Shown one piece after another: positions 13,201 to 20,678 of a stretch of 35,635 bases of DNA. This DNA is from Stramenopiles sp. TOSAG23-3 (Eukaryota), in NCBI GenBank assembly GCA_900128585.1, contig LT642198.1, forward strand, positions 1-35,635. Direction: 5' to 3'. How positions within the stretch are numbered: the stretch's first letter is position 1; the number at the start of each line of letters is the position of its first letter. A program made the translations under genes and the position numbers. The notes beneath the pieces are model-generated. The model searched no databases. It saw only the letters and a list, made by a program, of their open reading frames with translations, and was not told the DNA's origin.

Positions 13201-16200
13201 TTGACTTAGACTCTCTACAAATGCGGTTTTCTTTGAATGGAAAGGACCTAGGAGTTGCATTTACAAGTTTTCATGCAGTAGGTGGATGCTACCCTGCTGC
13301 ATCATTTAATATGCAACAATCTGCTAGATTCAATTTTGGTCCTCCACACTCCCAGTTTGCCTTTCCTCCTCCATCAGGGTATAAATGTGTGTCCGCAGCA
13401 ATCAACGAGGCGGTCAATGCCCAAGAGCAGGCAGCTAACAAGCCAATATCAAAACAACCCGACAATACGGACAGAACAGAAAAGGAGCAGACCTTTTCTG
13501 CGCCAATACCTTCGGTCGACCATTCGGCGAGTGGCATTGCCCTCCGGAGGCAGGCACTGGTTGACAACCTGATAAGTATGGGTTTCCCGATAGATTGGTG
13601 TATTCGTGCTGCAAATGTGCAGCGTTCTACCGTCATGGATGAAAGTCGCGCTATTGCATGGATTATAGAAAAGATGGAATTTGAAAACCTCACCAGCGTG
13701 GAAGAAGAGAGCGCTGGCGAGTCTAGCACTACAAGACTAGCAGCATTCATGGAGAACACTGCTACAATTGGCTACTTAAGCCAAGCAAGGAATGGTGATG
13801 ATGAAACGCAATACCCATTTATGGACGTCAATGTGTCAGATCAAGAACTTCTGCAGCGCATACGGGAAAGCCAGCAGTCGAGTGATGACGATGAAGATGA
13901 CGATGAAGATGACGACGACGACGAGGAGGACGAAGAAGAAGACGAGGAAGATATTGATACTGGCGAAGGTGATAGAGAAGAGAGTTTAAAAGATACCGCA
14001 CCCGGCAATCGTGCCGAAGAGCCATCTGCTGCAAATCGATCTTTCGGGAGTGTCTCTCGCAGATCTCAGAGTGCAACTGTTCAGAGTTTGGCCGGTAGAC
14101 AGAGGGCAGAGGTTTTGCTAGACGAGAACTTACTCGGTGATGAGGAGTGCAATGAAATTTATGCTCCAGTTGTTGAACGATATTTTGCATCCCCACTTTT
14201 AGGAAGACAGGGACTCTCATTTGGAAGTAGTGTATCAACTGCTAATGGTACTGTAAATATGTTACCGGGTATTGAATCTGCTGCTTTAATGTCTGTAGTC
14301 GTTGGCGTAGCAAATACCTCTCCTACCTTATCCCAGGCGAATCGTCCTGGCAATGGGAACGATGCTTATTCTAGCTCGGCAATCTTAGCGGAGATTTTTG
14401 CAGGGCTAAGTGTGCCTGGGGATGTTGGTAACAGCATTTCTTCCGGCGGCAATATGATTCAAAGAATCGCAAGTAACGATGATTGCCAAGAATTATGGGG
14501 GCTATCTGTCGCTACATCATGTGCATTGTCTACAATATACGCCAGAGCGACAATCTTATCAATTCTACGGCATGCTTCGGATACTGACGGGGGCGAAGGA
14601 GAATCCGTGGCATCGCAGCTCGGGGATATTATTAGCAGTCCGCAATGCGTCTTAATGTTTGTAGACTTTCTGAAACTTGTTCGTTTTCGTGGCCCTTTGC
14701 CCCATCACAGTTCTGGAGCAGCAGCGTTGACTCCTCGAAAAGACTTTTGTGACGAACTTGACCACCTTTTGAGGCCAACCTTCTCCTTGCTTTTGAAAAA
14801 ATCACGGGTGTTTTTAAACGAAGAATCTTTAAAAGAAAAGGAGCCCGGACAAAACACTGATAGAAGCGGGTCACCGCTGTTTTTAACAGTCTTGGTAGAC
14901 GAAGCGCTGAGTCACTTCACCCGTGCCTCCAGCCGGGAATATGATAGAATGCTATGGATATCGCGCCCTGCTCCTCCTATTCATCCTTATTCTTCAAGTG
15001 TCTTGACTTTGACATGTGACAGCGATGCACTTGTGCAACCCAATCCGGTGTGGTCGACATGGACTTTGAATACGCTCATGGACGAGCTTGAAGCGTATTC
15101 GAGGGAGAAAAGTTCAGAGCAGGGACTTCTAACACCCGCGGTAGAAAGTGATATATTTGGTATTGGAGTCCTCGCCACTCTCCTGCGGGCAGCACATACG
15201 CCTAATTTAGCTCTTAAAGACATACTGTTTCGTTTAATAGGCCGAATCGTGCACCACTGTGCCACGTCGTATCCTGGTGCAGGGCCTTCGTCGACTCAGG
15301 AACTGATTCGATGGCATCACAACGCGAGCATCGTCTTGAAAACAGTTCGGGAGCAGAGGCTTGCGCAAGTGTTAACCTCAAGATTTCGCAAGGAGCATGA
15401 CCAGACGATTATATATTCATCATACCTGCAAACTTTGGCGTCTGTGTTGGTTTGCTGCGCACAGGTGAGGTCTTTGATGAAGAAATGTGTTGTGTTCACT
15501 GGGCAGAATTTTTCGTCCGCCCAAACAGTGTCAGCGACAGGACCGAGGGCGGAAACCAATGCAGATTCTGATGCAGGAGCAAATGACGAAAAGATAGCAT
15601 TGCTGCAACCAATTCCTGAAATAGTAGTAGACGACATTGGTATAAACTCCGTGTCATTGGCGTGGTGGTTATCAACGGATGATATTGCGAAATCAATCGA
15701 AAACAAACAGAAATTTATTGTACGCGTATCGTACGCAGAGGTGCCGCAACCTTGGTTAATCGATGTACCGGCATCAATCCATTCAGGTGACACACACAAA
15801 TATCTAGAGTTTAAGCGGGTTACACCCCAGCAGGCTACCCCTGTTATGGACTATGGCGGATTTGGTACTCGGCCCAAAACATTGTCTACTATAGTCTGTG
15901 GGGATTTAAGTGCAGACAGTCAATATGCGTTCCGATTAGAGTTGGATATAATGAAAATCGGTGATGCTGGACCAGACGGGGACTACGAGAGTTTGGCAGA
16001 CTTGCATGGCAGCAACACTGGCGAAGACGGGAGTTACTTGGTCCGGACCCTCCTTGGGAAACCTGTCTATTTGGACACCCGATCAGAGACATTGTTTATC
16101 CTGGATCCCAATTCATGTGGTCCAAACTTGGTACTGAGCAACAATAATTTAAGTGTAACGAATACTGTCAATAAGAAGTGGAACGCTATAAGGGCCAGTG

Positions 16201-17903
16201 CTTGCTTTTCATCAGGTGTGCACTACTGGGAGGTTCATATTGACAAATGTGTATCGAAAAATATATTTGTCGGGGTCATGTCTGAAGGCGGAAGCACGGA
16301 CAATTATGTCGGGAGTGATCGGGAAGGATGGGGTTACTTAGCAAACAAGGCCATTTGGCACAACAAAGGGAAAATGTGTACATACGGAGAACTCTTCCGG
16401 GAAGGCGATCGAATTGGTGTATCTCTTGACATGGACTGTGGTACAATTGCCTTCTCTCGAAACGGCAAAGACCTGGGCGTAGCCGTCGAGGGTCTTACAG
16501 GTGATTTGTACCCCGCGTTCTCGCTGTACAATTTAGACGACCAAGTTAGCCTTATCCCTTCACCTGTGACGCACGGCAAACATAGTGGGAATTCCGATCG
16601 AACAGACGGGCATGCGAAACGCAGTGTACAGATGAACGCTGGGTCGATGGCACGGCGTATTATTGACAATCTGTACAGAACAACAGCGGGTTTAAACGCT
16701 CTGGCCTCTGGAACACCAGATAGGTCGTTGGTGCCAAAGGAGGAAGTGTTAGACTTTATGAAGAAAGCTAAGAAGAGTCACTTGTGTCGATACAAGACCG
16801 TAGATGGGGATGCTTTGTTGCTAGACATATCGATAGAGGCATGCCGACCTTTTGGGTTTGTTGCCGGTGAAATAGTTTTGACTCCCAAAGGCGAGGTTAA
16901 TATAGTAGGAGAATGTAAGGGGATGCTGTGGTGGAAAGCCGTTGGAGATACCACGGTATCCTCGTGGTCGAGAAAAACATGCCGTGAATTGCGCCTTGCT
17001 CTTGGTCCAAAACCTGTGCAAACGCATGGGGAAATTGTGGGTGGAATGCGGGCTAGAAACGACACGGTAAATGACGAGCCGTTGCAAAACGGCGATATAT
17101 TTTCAACGTTAATGGACGACAGCGATGTTGACCTGGAATCTCTTGTGGAGAAAATGGTCAACGAGGCCGAAGAACCGTGGCAAGTGGATTTCAAAAATAT
17201 AGAAGGACAGTACAAAAGTGTTGCTGCGCTAATTTATTTGTTAAATCACAAACTCGAAAATGTTCTTCCACTTGTTGAAATCTGGCGTGATGGCTATTCC
17301 TTGAGTTCAAGCGGAATGTCTCCCCGGGCAGGATTAGACGGTCTCATGACTAGTGCACCACCTCTGTCGTGGACCTGTGGCAGCCATTTGCTAAATGCGC
17401 GAAAGTTAGTTTTTCCGTGGACCAAAATCGCGTTATTTCGTGCCTTAATCAATCACACGTCTGCGCAAGGCCCATCGACAAAAATACGGCTGACCTTGAG
17501 CCGTGGAAATTTGGACTTGGAGTCTGTATTTCGTCAGTTGCGCCTAGTCGCTTCTGCAGAATTGCGATGCGGTGTACAGTTTGTTATTGGGCACCCAGGA
17601 GAAAATGCACATCATGAGCAGAGTGCATGTTTTGATCTTATTTGCGATGCGATGAACCAGGCGACTATTGCGGTTTCGAACCATGATTTGGTAGGGGAAT
17701 TGGTAGGCATAGGTTTACGAATGGGACACAGGTTTTGTTTGGAACTGCCTGGTTCTACGTGGGAAGCCATATGCAACCCTGTCACAGACATGCGGGATGG
17801 GGCTGAAATTCGATTGGGTTTGTTACAGATTGTCCCTGGTCATATTTTGCCATTATTTACTGGGAAAGAATTGAAAATCTTATGTTGGGAAGGAAAGCCA
17901 TAG
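4212..17903 (+). CDS. Giant HERC-like protein: RCC1 propeller, LamG/ConA-like, SPRY, UBA, acidic tract, FN3, SPRY, degenerate HECT N-lobe
   Basis: Single uninterrupted ORF; track start 4176 is GTG, first ATG is 4212. RCC1 repeats (e.g. VYSWGNGGNGRLGHG) at ~5820-6975. LamG-like (FALSFWI...WSHVVCSY...LYLDG) at ~10670-11200. SPRY (WYYEAVL...MQIGWA...DVIGCSID) at ~12990-13390. UBA (LISMGFP...AIAWI) at ~13550-13680. D/E tract at ~13880-13960. FN3-like at ~15620-15960. Second SPRY (GVHYWEVHI...GDRIGVSLD) at ~16090-16560. HECT-like remnant at ~17480-17900. Confidence 0.85.
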   Translation: MWTSPTANSPSRRRRQSGKLNNRRVQAYQASLDLSLLWNDQYVQTSYERLYAPPYQPDAQKRRNDSTPSESSLLAREAMRSRPVGAGKKYSSEAQQPSDLGNGGEDRRALDNATDNLISSMLMEGPPHFEGSTSFLERQLVLVQRAHENLLEEYQPNSGSLTPSLKHDRKSDAGGTIVSGGSLSSLNNKLDGEDSNISQIPSVVSLEIKDEETPYLPTDGMGGGSLQDPSLDEDVPISDDETEEKEASKTDTTREEDDLLITRNELPGAPLIENSIEGSRAGREASLSVESSTMLFGNKDQNTYNRRENYLRTIVPGPMDHLPTNAQIGIRLFFRLLRTLRFDENPRVLNKVVQQIPLLLSNMPPLALSEGLDSFENVNIAGADSKTTVGVVGRRKKTSEVQKRHGRAENGRSENPCTSNLGVVDALSFALENAIIGYKAVPSEKRDESQKIMDGMPDRKIQALSSIVGLAIKRGSLTHIMKSVILLLDSLRDAADIKDQKPPRDTCLPVEQYLQELANANIMEMETPIEFGNAKGRLMAFGKGDHGKLGLGKCTHSHCTDGNCTENKSTPTVIGTLKDVRVTLIDSLSTHSVAVTEDGSLYTWGNGDKHRLGHGTTGKEYAPRLVMSLRDKPAVVDVACGLGHTLVLLVTGQVYSWGNGGNGRLGHGDTQDRATACLVGVLEGMNVTSLYSGASHSLAISEEGACISWGKNNQGQCGHGNMTDHLFPMVIEYFQGKGDVISQVAGGWEHTLASTRDGRIFSFGSGYKDSRRAGLPPVLGHGGNEHQLLPCQIVSLSEENIVHIACGWDHSLAVSTEGLLYTWGAGTNGKLGHGDESDRAIPTCVEAVRGKMIVQAEAGCEHSAAVTSDGELLTWGHGDSGRLGHGENKSENKPRRVVFEKNESLRVVSIAVGDKYNMILVKDVDEKNVQDGHVNKGEVEGDTNMAKSSLAWEAGAHSPPASKFTKNPGGVTKAGADMTSAWILNRNLFSVELEDVRIVSDRKVPLISAYKLPVLILAHLERLAQPFLGSTYINRGDCAAAVNSSFRGPNNVNVAMSLAIKNQLAQKKIGAKEESSLVGGDDADIVPKFAYCIEPNEEALVLFHAILLRCVQENTNEDVDKNDNAVHFCRWCVVWCTLRLLKANLQQLLSWAMVDEPGHISLGNKASAESPVGNRLGIKMRSVFKMIHTLLLRIIKEPLQFSYYAGLGSKPDSKGGAGKISASDSRVLIEREAGDVVRVGFDFFYPTPASRKHVLGQFMSEERPNMILLNAIMDRLSQNFVVSRLIRSVLPASMPEGNDTNAATGTLDRQGVNDLLQDLLSRASNEVIDRLHGQAKNQQMHSGSYGTRSLPYTRLLLALQNHILAAWGHIMKIKGPSTSRISGETHSCVLSHGHRLLEKAAECLCVCLTVLSKDQSKDALGSAREVFLNSFLAAILMPFIGALCIVPPHPSVATSLLPPLLKLVKAVDSVNALMGSQFKGSWIIDHGNVKAGADEIVPWEVRLHAMLACFAGQLIAVVTKGTPLAPREKAFKRWLCSKLLSGGLLSETDGRSDANMAEDDQGGHNDLDVVISWHRRGVYSTGKSPQENLGEEYGRDKSQESFLRKLIDGEGEPQQLDSWVQNTILGHSAPNSPSMAAKSSPKKDSACPPELAAGKNSLRALVAVILKFNGYVTEAMSQSQILCMSRGRLAANETPSDTLVYVWSTALRLQRLVAMTQGIPESQGVQQRARAAALAATVNNVLPTSPSVARSVVRNCSFLLRVNPAFPIQLLEESDRSRRYDSGETMEFTKVDKQGQIISLEEVFDFVSRPLDTSLLYFEMVKRKQRSRIRAIGLDLTRYLLGIISPQFGYVRAQAIAQVPFSMTRFSREVASTPHVPNGNTSPQHKDAPISIGNGTKADQMVPQAFHYMLDLQSCGGHTANFVHSAFVELYQELANLLIDQKSTHSFKLALLHSWTLKLQSPDHLRHSRFVAVEAASPKHQKRTEESEGRDAFGGGLLLALAEDGARNEQNKSIVHLCSRILSILGEMLCTEGDLLLKQSEEYALTSSSALHHSAWRIFFLLGIQLCTSDEDLLGNEMHRKDSRSHPLYTVLVEELGRVQNVLSEISDLELNFVKASQRSGLRVIMPGKLWMTRDQPGTVVPDSGSPKDLQNGSFALSFWIRVPKRRDNEGSSHSGGKVTRRVVCIRAHEVVSSKASSEKQFSYYPGVFLVYDNEIEGKKTTRARVVVVLTTSVDGKLVHNSLVSPVHLRVGTWSHVVCSYNDSKEIRLYLDGQLAGKLKTEGMLIWSGSRPLHIGAPKISAFPEAAEASSKWGADSGFLGWLSDLWYHDEGVDPDDIPYLSKVPSPSEIRLKSDADNYCYRLVTMALELVRTHKGLAGLIENDKCVAVMLSLLRYSSGKVQRSILQFLEEILPHISPLGVHVPLMNSMAGSGMAAAKANRGINGLWTYFAHLVGVAWFCNENGSLELSGSVNSVLAQFLPSSLTAEKYVSSDAVMNAPGRTGAIAQRHMTMSDRSALISGIVRLLRQLLQSPQWSKQLSDSLTESLSGLSEHVQDVLLGTTERVDKRSIMWAKHRTLLVNGVCAVYVLGGLIEQPHVGAKVYFPTPQNTAIDFIGSTISGESQAVGLVVRIDWKTRSAIVVACNSLRSASVSVPLNLLKVVYKQHDFIVNDDILTPLISMAKVFLGLTKTGSENVCDSADHHASFSTQLPWVNRVTNKPSVGIDGEIVTETNSVMCLIRARCLCALSALCANASSAKRILASGMLPSLLRVAVSNVSSAADVVSSQGAMTQARKAKQKSLGFSFPITDAESNSSSNVYTSAANLSSKLSIWVGVPSLEQLGEEAWSRLHSAPPPLPSSDLKRRPRIDILGGEIAIEQKKYRAESTSNFPSIRLGNISLFPLHSVGNLGSQNNLIDSYPPGALVGGRWYYEAVLLSDGLMQIGWADALYKGDPERGQGVGDHPHSWAIDGYRCKKWNSSSADYGERWHVADVIGCSIDLDSLQMRFSLNGKDLGVAFTSFHAVGGCYPAASFNMQQSARFNFGPPHSQFAFPPPSGYKCVSAAINEAVNAQEQAANKPISKQPDNTDRTEKEQTFSAPIPSVDHSASGIALRRQALVDNLISMGFPIDWCIRAANVQRSTVMDESRAIAWIIEKMEFENLTSVEEESAGESSTTRLAAFMENTATIGYLSQARNGDDETQYPFMDVNVSDQELLQRIRESQQSSDDDEDDDEDDDDDEEDEEEDEEDIDTGEGDREESLKDTAPGNRAEEPSAANRSFGSVSRRSQSATVQSLAGRQRAEVLLDENLLGDEECNEIYAPVVERYFASPLLGRQGLSFGSSVSTANGTVNMLPGIESAALMSVVVGVANTSPTLSQANRPGNGNDAYSSSAILAEIFAGLSVPGDVGNSISSGGNMIQRIASNDDCQELWGLSVATSCALSTIYARATILSILRHASDTDGGEGESVASQLGDIISSPQCVLMFVDFLKLVRFRGPLPHHSSGAAALTPRKDFCDELDHLLRPTFSLLLKKSRVFLNEESLKEKEPGQNTDRSGSPLFLTVLVDEALSHFTRASSREYDRMLWISRPAPPIHPYSSSVLTLTCDSDALVQPNPVWSTWTLNTLMDELEAYSREKSSEQGLLTPAVESDIFGIGVLATLLRAAHTPNLALKDILFRLIGRIVHHCATSYPGAGPSSTQELIRWHHNASIVLKTVREQRLAQVLTSRFRKEHDQTIIYSSYLQTLASVLVCCAQVRSLMKKCVVFTGQNFSSAQTVSATGPRAETNADSDAGANDEKIALLQPIPEIVVDDIGINSVSLAWWLSTDDIAKSIENKQKFIVRVSYAEVPQPWLIDVPASIHSGDTHKYLEFKRVTPQQATPVMDYGGFGTRPKTLSTIVCGDLSADSQYAFRLELDIMKIGDAGPDGDYESLADLHGSNTGEDGSYLVRTLLGKPVYLDTRSETLFILDPNSCGPNLVLSNNNLSVTNTVNKKWNAIRASACFSSGVHYWEVHIDKCVSKNIFVGVMSEGGSTDNYVGSDREGWGYLANKAIWHNKGKMCTYGELFREGDRIGVSLDMDCGTIAFSRNGKDLGVAVEGLTGDLYPAFSLYNLDDQVSLIPSPVTHGKHSGNSDRTDGHAKRSVQMNAGSMARRIIDNLYRTTAGLNALASGTPDRSLVPKEEVLDFMKKAKKSHLCRYKTVDGDALLLDISIEACRPFGFVAGEIVLTPKGEVNIVGECKGMLWWKAVGDTTVSSWSRKTCRELRLALGPKPVQTHGEIVGGMRARNDTVNDEPLQNGDIFSTLMDDSDVDLESLVEKMVNEAEEPWQVDFKNIEGQYKSVAALIYLLNHKLENVLPLVEIWRDGYSLSSSGMSPRAGLDGLMTSAPPLSWTCGSHLLNARKLVFPWTKIALFRALINHTSAQGPSTKIRLTLSRGNLDLESVFRQLRLVASAELRCGVQFVIGHPGENAHHEQSACFDLICDAMNQATIAVSNHDLVGELVGIGLRMGHRFCLELPGSTWEAICNPVTDMRDGAEIRLGLLQIVPGHILPLFTGKELKILCWEGKP

Positions 17904-17996
17904 CATAACATTATTGTATTTAGAAATGATTCTAAAATCAAATTACTATCAATAAGAATTTCTTTTAACTTGCGTTTAAAAACAAAAAATTGGCTG

Positions 17997-18342
17997 TTAT
18001 TTAAGTAATTAAAATTTATCTCTTCCTCATGTACCGCGAAAATGAATCTATCCATTTAAGGTTTACGTTCCTTCATGTACTGCGAACTTATCACTACTCT
18101 ATTTTGGTTTTACTGATCGATATACCCTTGCCACTTAAATTCACTTACCGATTCGGACCACGCATGGAGTACATCTGAGCATGATAGTCAAGACAAAGTG
18201 ACAAGGGTATAGTGATTAGTAAAACCACAAGAGTAGAGATAAGTTCGCTGTACATAAAGGAATGTAAACCTTTTATGGACAAAAGGAGCAGATTCCTTTT
18301 CGCGGTACACGAGGAAGATACATTTTTTAATTACTTAAATAA
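17997..18342. repeat. Long imperfect inverted repeat (fold-back, MITE-like)
   Basis: Arm 17997-18136 is the reverse complement of arm 18196-18342 with scattered mismatches and small indels (cttcctcatgtaccgcgaaaa vs ttttcgcggtacacgaggaag; tatacccttgccactt vs aagtgacaagggtata). Loop is about 59 nt. Confidence 0.85.
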
Positions 18343-18424
18343 TAACGAAACGATCAAACTCAATACCGATCATTATTTCATAGAGCAGTACAACAGACAA
18401 CGAGCCCTTCAAAAACATTTATGC

Positions 18425-18448
18425 NNNNNNNNNNNNNNNNNNNNNNNN
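18425..18448. other. Assembly gap
   Basis: Run of N bases. Confidence 0.99.
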
Positions 18449-18772
18449 GAACTTGGGGAGGATCTGCAATAGGAGGAGATATTGTTCTTGAACTGACACC
18501 TTCTTTTTTCTTTAATTTTAATTACTAATAAAATAACAGCCAATTTTTCTTGTAAATAATAACAGTCATTTTTTTGTTTTTATTTAGATTTAACTGAATT
18601 AGTTCTTTTTTAAAATTTACTTTTTAATCTAGATATTTTTATAATTTTTTTGTCTTGATCATTCTCCGACTCACTCAAGTTAGATCATGTAAGACTCGTA
18701 CTCTTGTTCTGGCACACGTTCACTGTCATTTGCAGTAAAAAAAAACCCGAAAGATATCTCATCCTCAATAGT

Positions 18773-19264
18773 TCAATCACGTCTTGGTGCTTTGTAGAGT
18801 TTAGAATTGCACACTTCTCCAACTTGACTGTTCGCTCGACAAGCTTCTCCGTCGGCGGGGACGAGACAGCTGCACCACCCGTTTGGTATCTTTGCGGTAT
18901 TGCAAGACCGTTTCTTTGGCACAATAGTATTCAGCAGGTCATATCCGGTCATTGAGTCTATTTGCTTTCGGCAAGGCATTCCAGTTGTACAGGGTTCATT
19001 GATTTGGGCAAAGAGACTGTTCATTGTTGCATGCACATCATCGTGCGTCACAAATCGCCCAGAATTTAAGCGAGCATTCTGTACATGGTGATTTGAAGAA
19101 GATTGTGGCAGAACAAACTGCAATAGCGGTCGGCGATGTTCGCTTTCCCCCGCGGCATGCTCGTTGTATTTACTACCACGACGACTCCAGTGAAACCCAT
19201 GGTCAGATGCTAAAATTAAAAACGTTTCAGGGTGTCTTTTGAGAAATGTCGAAAAGGAATTTTC
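18773..19264 (-). pseudogene. 5'-truncated DUF229-like (alkaline phosphatase/sulfatase superfamily) C-terminal fragment
   Basis: The frame is open upstream of the track ORF to 19264 and reads FLILASDHGFH...GESEHRRPLLQFVLP...LNSGRFVTHDDVHATM...RSCNTAKIPNGWCSC, matching the DUF229 C-terminal pattern (SDHG...E..LP...N..RL.T.FD.HATL...R.C..A.I...WC.C). No initiating ATG. An in-frame TGA lies at 19267-19265, only ~90 nt from the stop of the upstream gene. Confidence 0.65.
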
Positions 19265-19355
19265 TCAACTAAAAAAATTGTAATACTGTAGCCTATCATA
19301 CCCGCATTTTTTGCTTTTCTTTCTTTTTGCAAGGCTAAACATTCTGTTTCTAACC

Positions 19356-20678
19356 TCAACCCTTCTGATTGTTTCCCGAACTCTTGGAGCTATTCAAGTT
19401 GGGCAAAGGTAGGTTTGGCGGCTGGGTTGACGCAGTGGGTACAGCTCCATCATCCTCAAACAGCGCATCAAACATATCATCAACAGACTTTGCTTTTGAC
19501 AAAGATTGGTTCGCTCGGGGCTGCCCATAGTCGGTCGAGGTGCCACCATCAAACAAATCAAACGGGTTTTGGGCCACAGTAGAGCCCCTGTCTTTTTTAG
19601 CGCCTACTTGCTCACCTATGCTTCCACCGTTTTGTGCAGAGCTTGTTTTCCCCATGTCAAATATGTCGTTTTCCATAAATTGCTTTGCATTCTTCAGTTC
19701 CCCACCTGCTGCGGCCCCTCCCCCCAAATCAAGTAAAGGCGCTTCGCTGGGCCCTTCGCTTGATTTCGCTGTTCGTGCGGCTTGGAGTCCCCCTTCTCTT
19801 AAACGCTGTGCGTCCCGCAACGCGTCTCCAATCATGCCGTTCACATCCAAACAAAGAGAGAACACTGACTCATTAATCGTTCCTCTGGTGCCAGCTTCGA
19901 TTAACTCTCTAACTCTGAGTTGGCATTGGCTAAGAAAATCTACTTCGTCTAAATATGCGTCGCTCGTGACCTTCACCCCACTCTTGACGTCGGTAACTAA
20001 CTTCACGAAACGGTTTGCCCTGTCACGGGCTACATTTAAGTCTTGCTTCAGTTTAACAATAACCTCCCTGCGGCGCGATTCGGACATTGTATTTTGTCGC
20101 GGACGGGTACTCCTACTGGCAGTTACTCGCCGAGCTGCTTGCATTTGGGTGCGCGACCGTTCTTCCCGGGCATGCGCTATGACCTCTTGAGGGGGCGCAA
20201 ACACAGCGGAGCTCAGCTCGGCGTCGTTGGCGAAGTGATAACCCTCTTTTTGCAACTGCATATACAATTTAGAAAACATTGGGGCTTCCCGCTGCATCCC
20301 TTTGAAAGCCTTGGCGCACCGCTGTACAAGCGCAAGGGCCTCTTCCTGGACTTCCGGCCCACGCTTTCCTCGGGCGGGACTTTCAAGAAACCCAACCCAC
20401 TTTTGGGAAAGTTTTGTGTGAATTTCATGCCCGCAGTTCTTCACCACAGAGTCGATCAGTTTTATGGTCAACATAATGACTTTTGGCTTTTTCGTTGCAA
20501 AGCGTTTTTTGAAAGCTTTTATAAACTCGTTGCAAGATCCTGGTTTCCTATTGATATCGTCGCAAATTTCCATGTTCTTGCCCCAATCTGGGCCCAGCAA
20601 GTATTCGCTGGTTGCAGCGTCTACCTGCGCCTGAACTGCGGACGGTGGCCCCGAAAAGAAGCTTGCCAGGGATGACAT
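19356..20678 (-). CDS. TOM1-like VHS-GAT endosomal sorting adaptor
   Basis: N-terminal VHS domain (VDAATSEYLLGPDWGKNMEICDDIN...IDSVVKNCG...VQEEALALVQ). GAT-like helices (CQLRVRELI...LCLDVNGMIGDAL). Disordered tail with LLDLG, NPF and DxF motifs. Confidence 0.85.
   Translation of the reverse strand: MSSLASFFSGPPSAVQAQVDAATSEYLLGPDWGKNMEICDDINRKPGSCNEFIKAFKKRFATKKPKVIMLTIKLIDSVVKNCGHEIHTKLSQKWVGFLESPARGKRGPEVQEEALALVQRCAKAFKGMQREAPMFSKLYMQLQKEGYHFANDAELSSAVFAPPQEVIAHAREERSRTQMQAARRVTASRSTRPRQNTMSESRRREVIVKLKQDLNVARDRANRFVKLVTDVKSGVKVTSDAYLDEVDFLSQCQLRVRELIEAGTRGTINESVFSLCLDVNGMIGDALRDAQRLREGGLQAARTAKSSEGPSEAPLLDLGGGAAAGGELKNAKQFMENDIFDMGKTSSAQNGGSIGEQVGAKKDRGSTVAQNPFDLFDGGTSTDYGQPRANQSLSKAKSVDDMFDALFEDDGAVPTASTQPPNLPLPNLNSSKSSGNNQKG

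Noticed and set aside
4207..17617. Many short ORFs overlapping the HERC-like gene (likewise within EPG5 and the transporter)
   Set aside because: Expected antisense or alternative-frame shadows of long coding sequences.
17840..18472. Two short ORFs sharing FAVHEE..FNYLNN
   Set aside because: The similarity is explained by the DNA inverted repeat; both have non-coding, AT-rich composition.
19540..20675. Long plus-strand ORFs of 216 aa and 210 aa
   Set aside because: Antisense shadows of the VHS-GAT gene, with no recognisable motifs.
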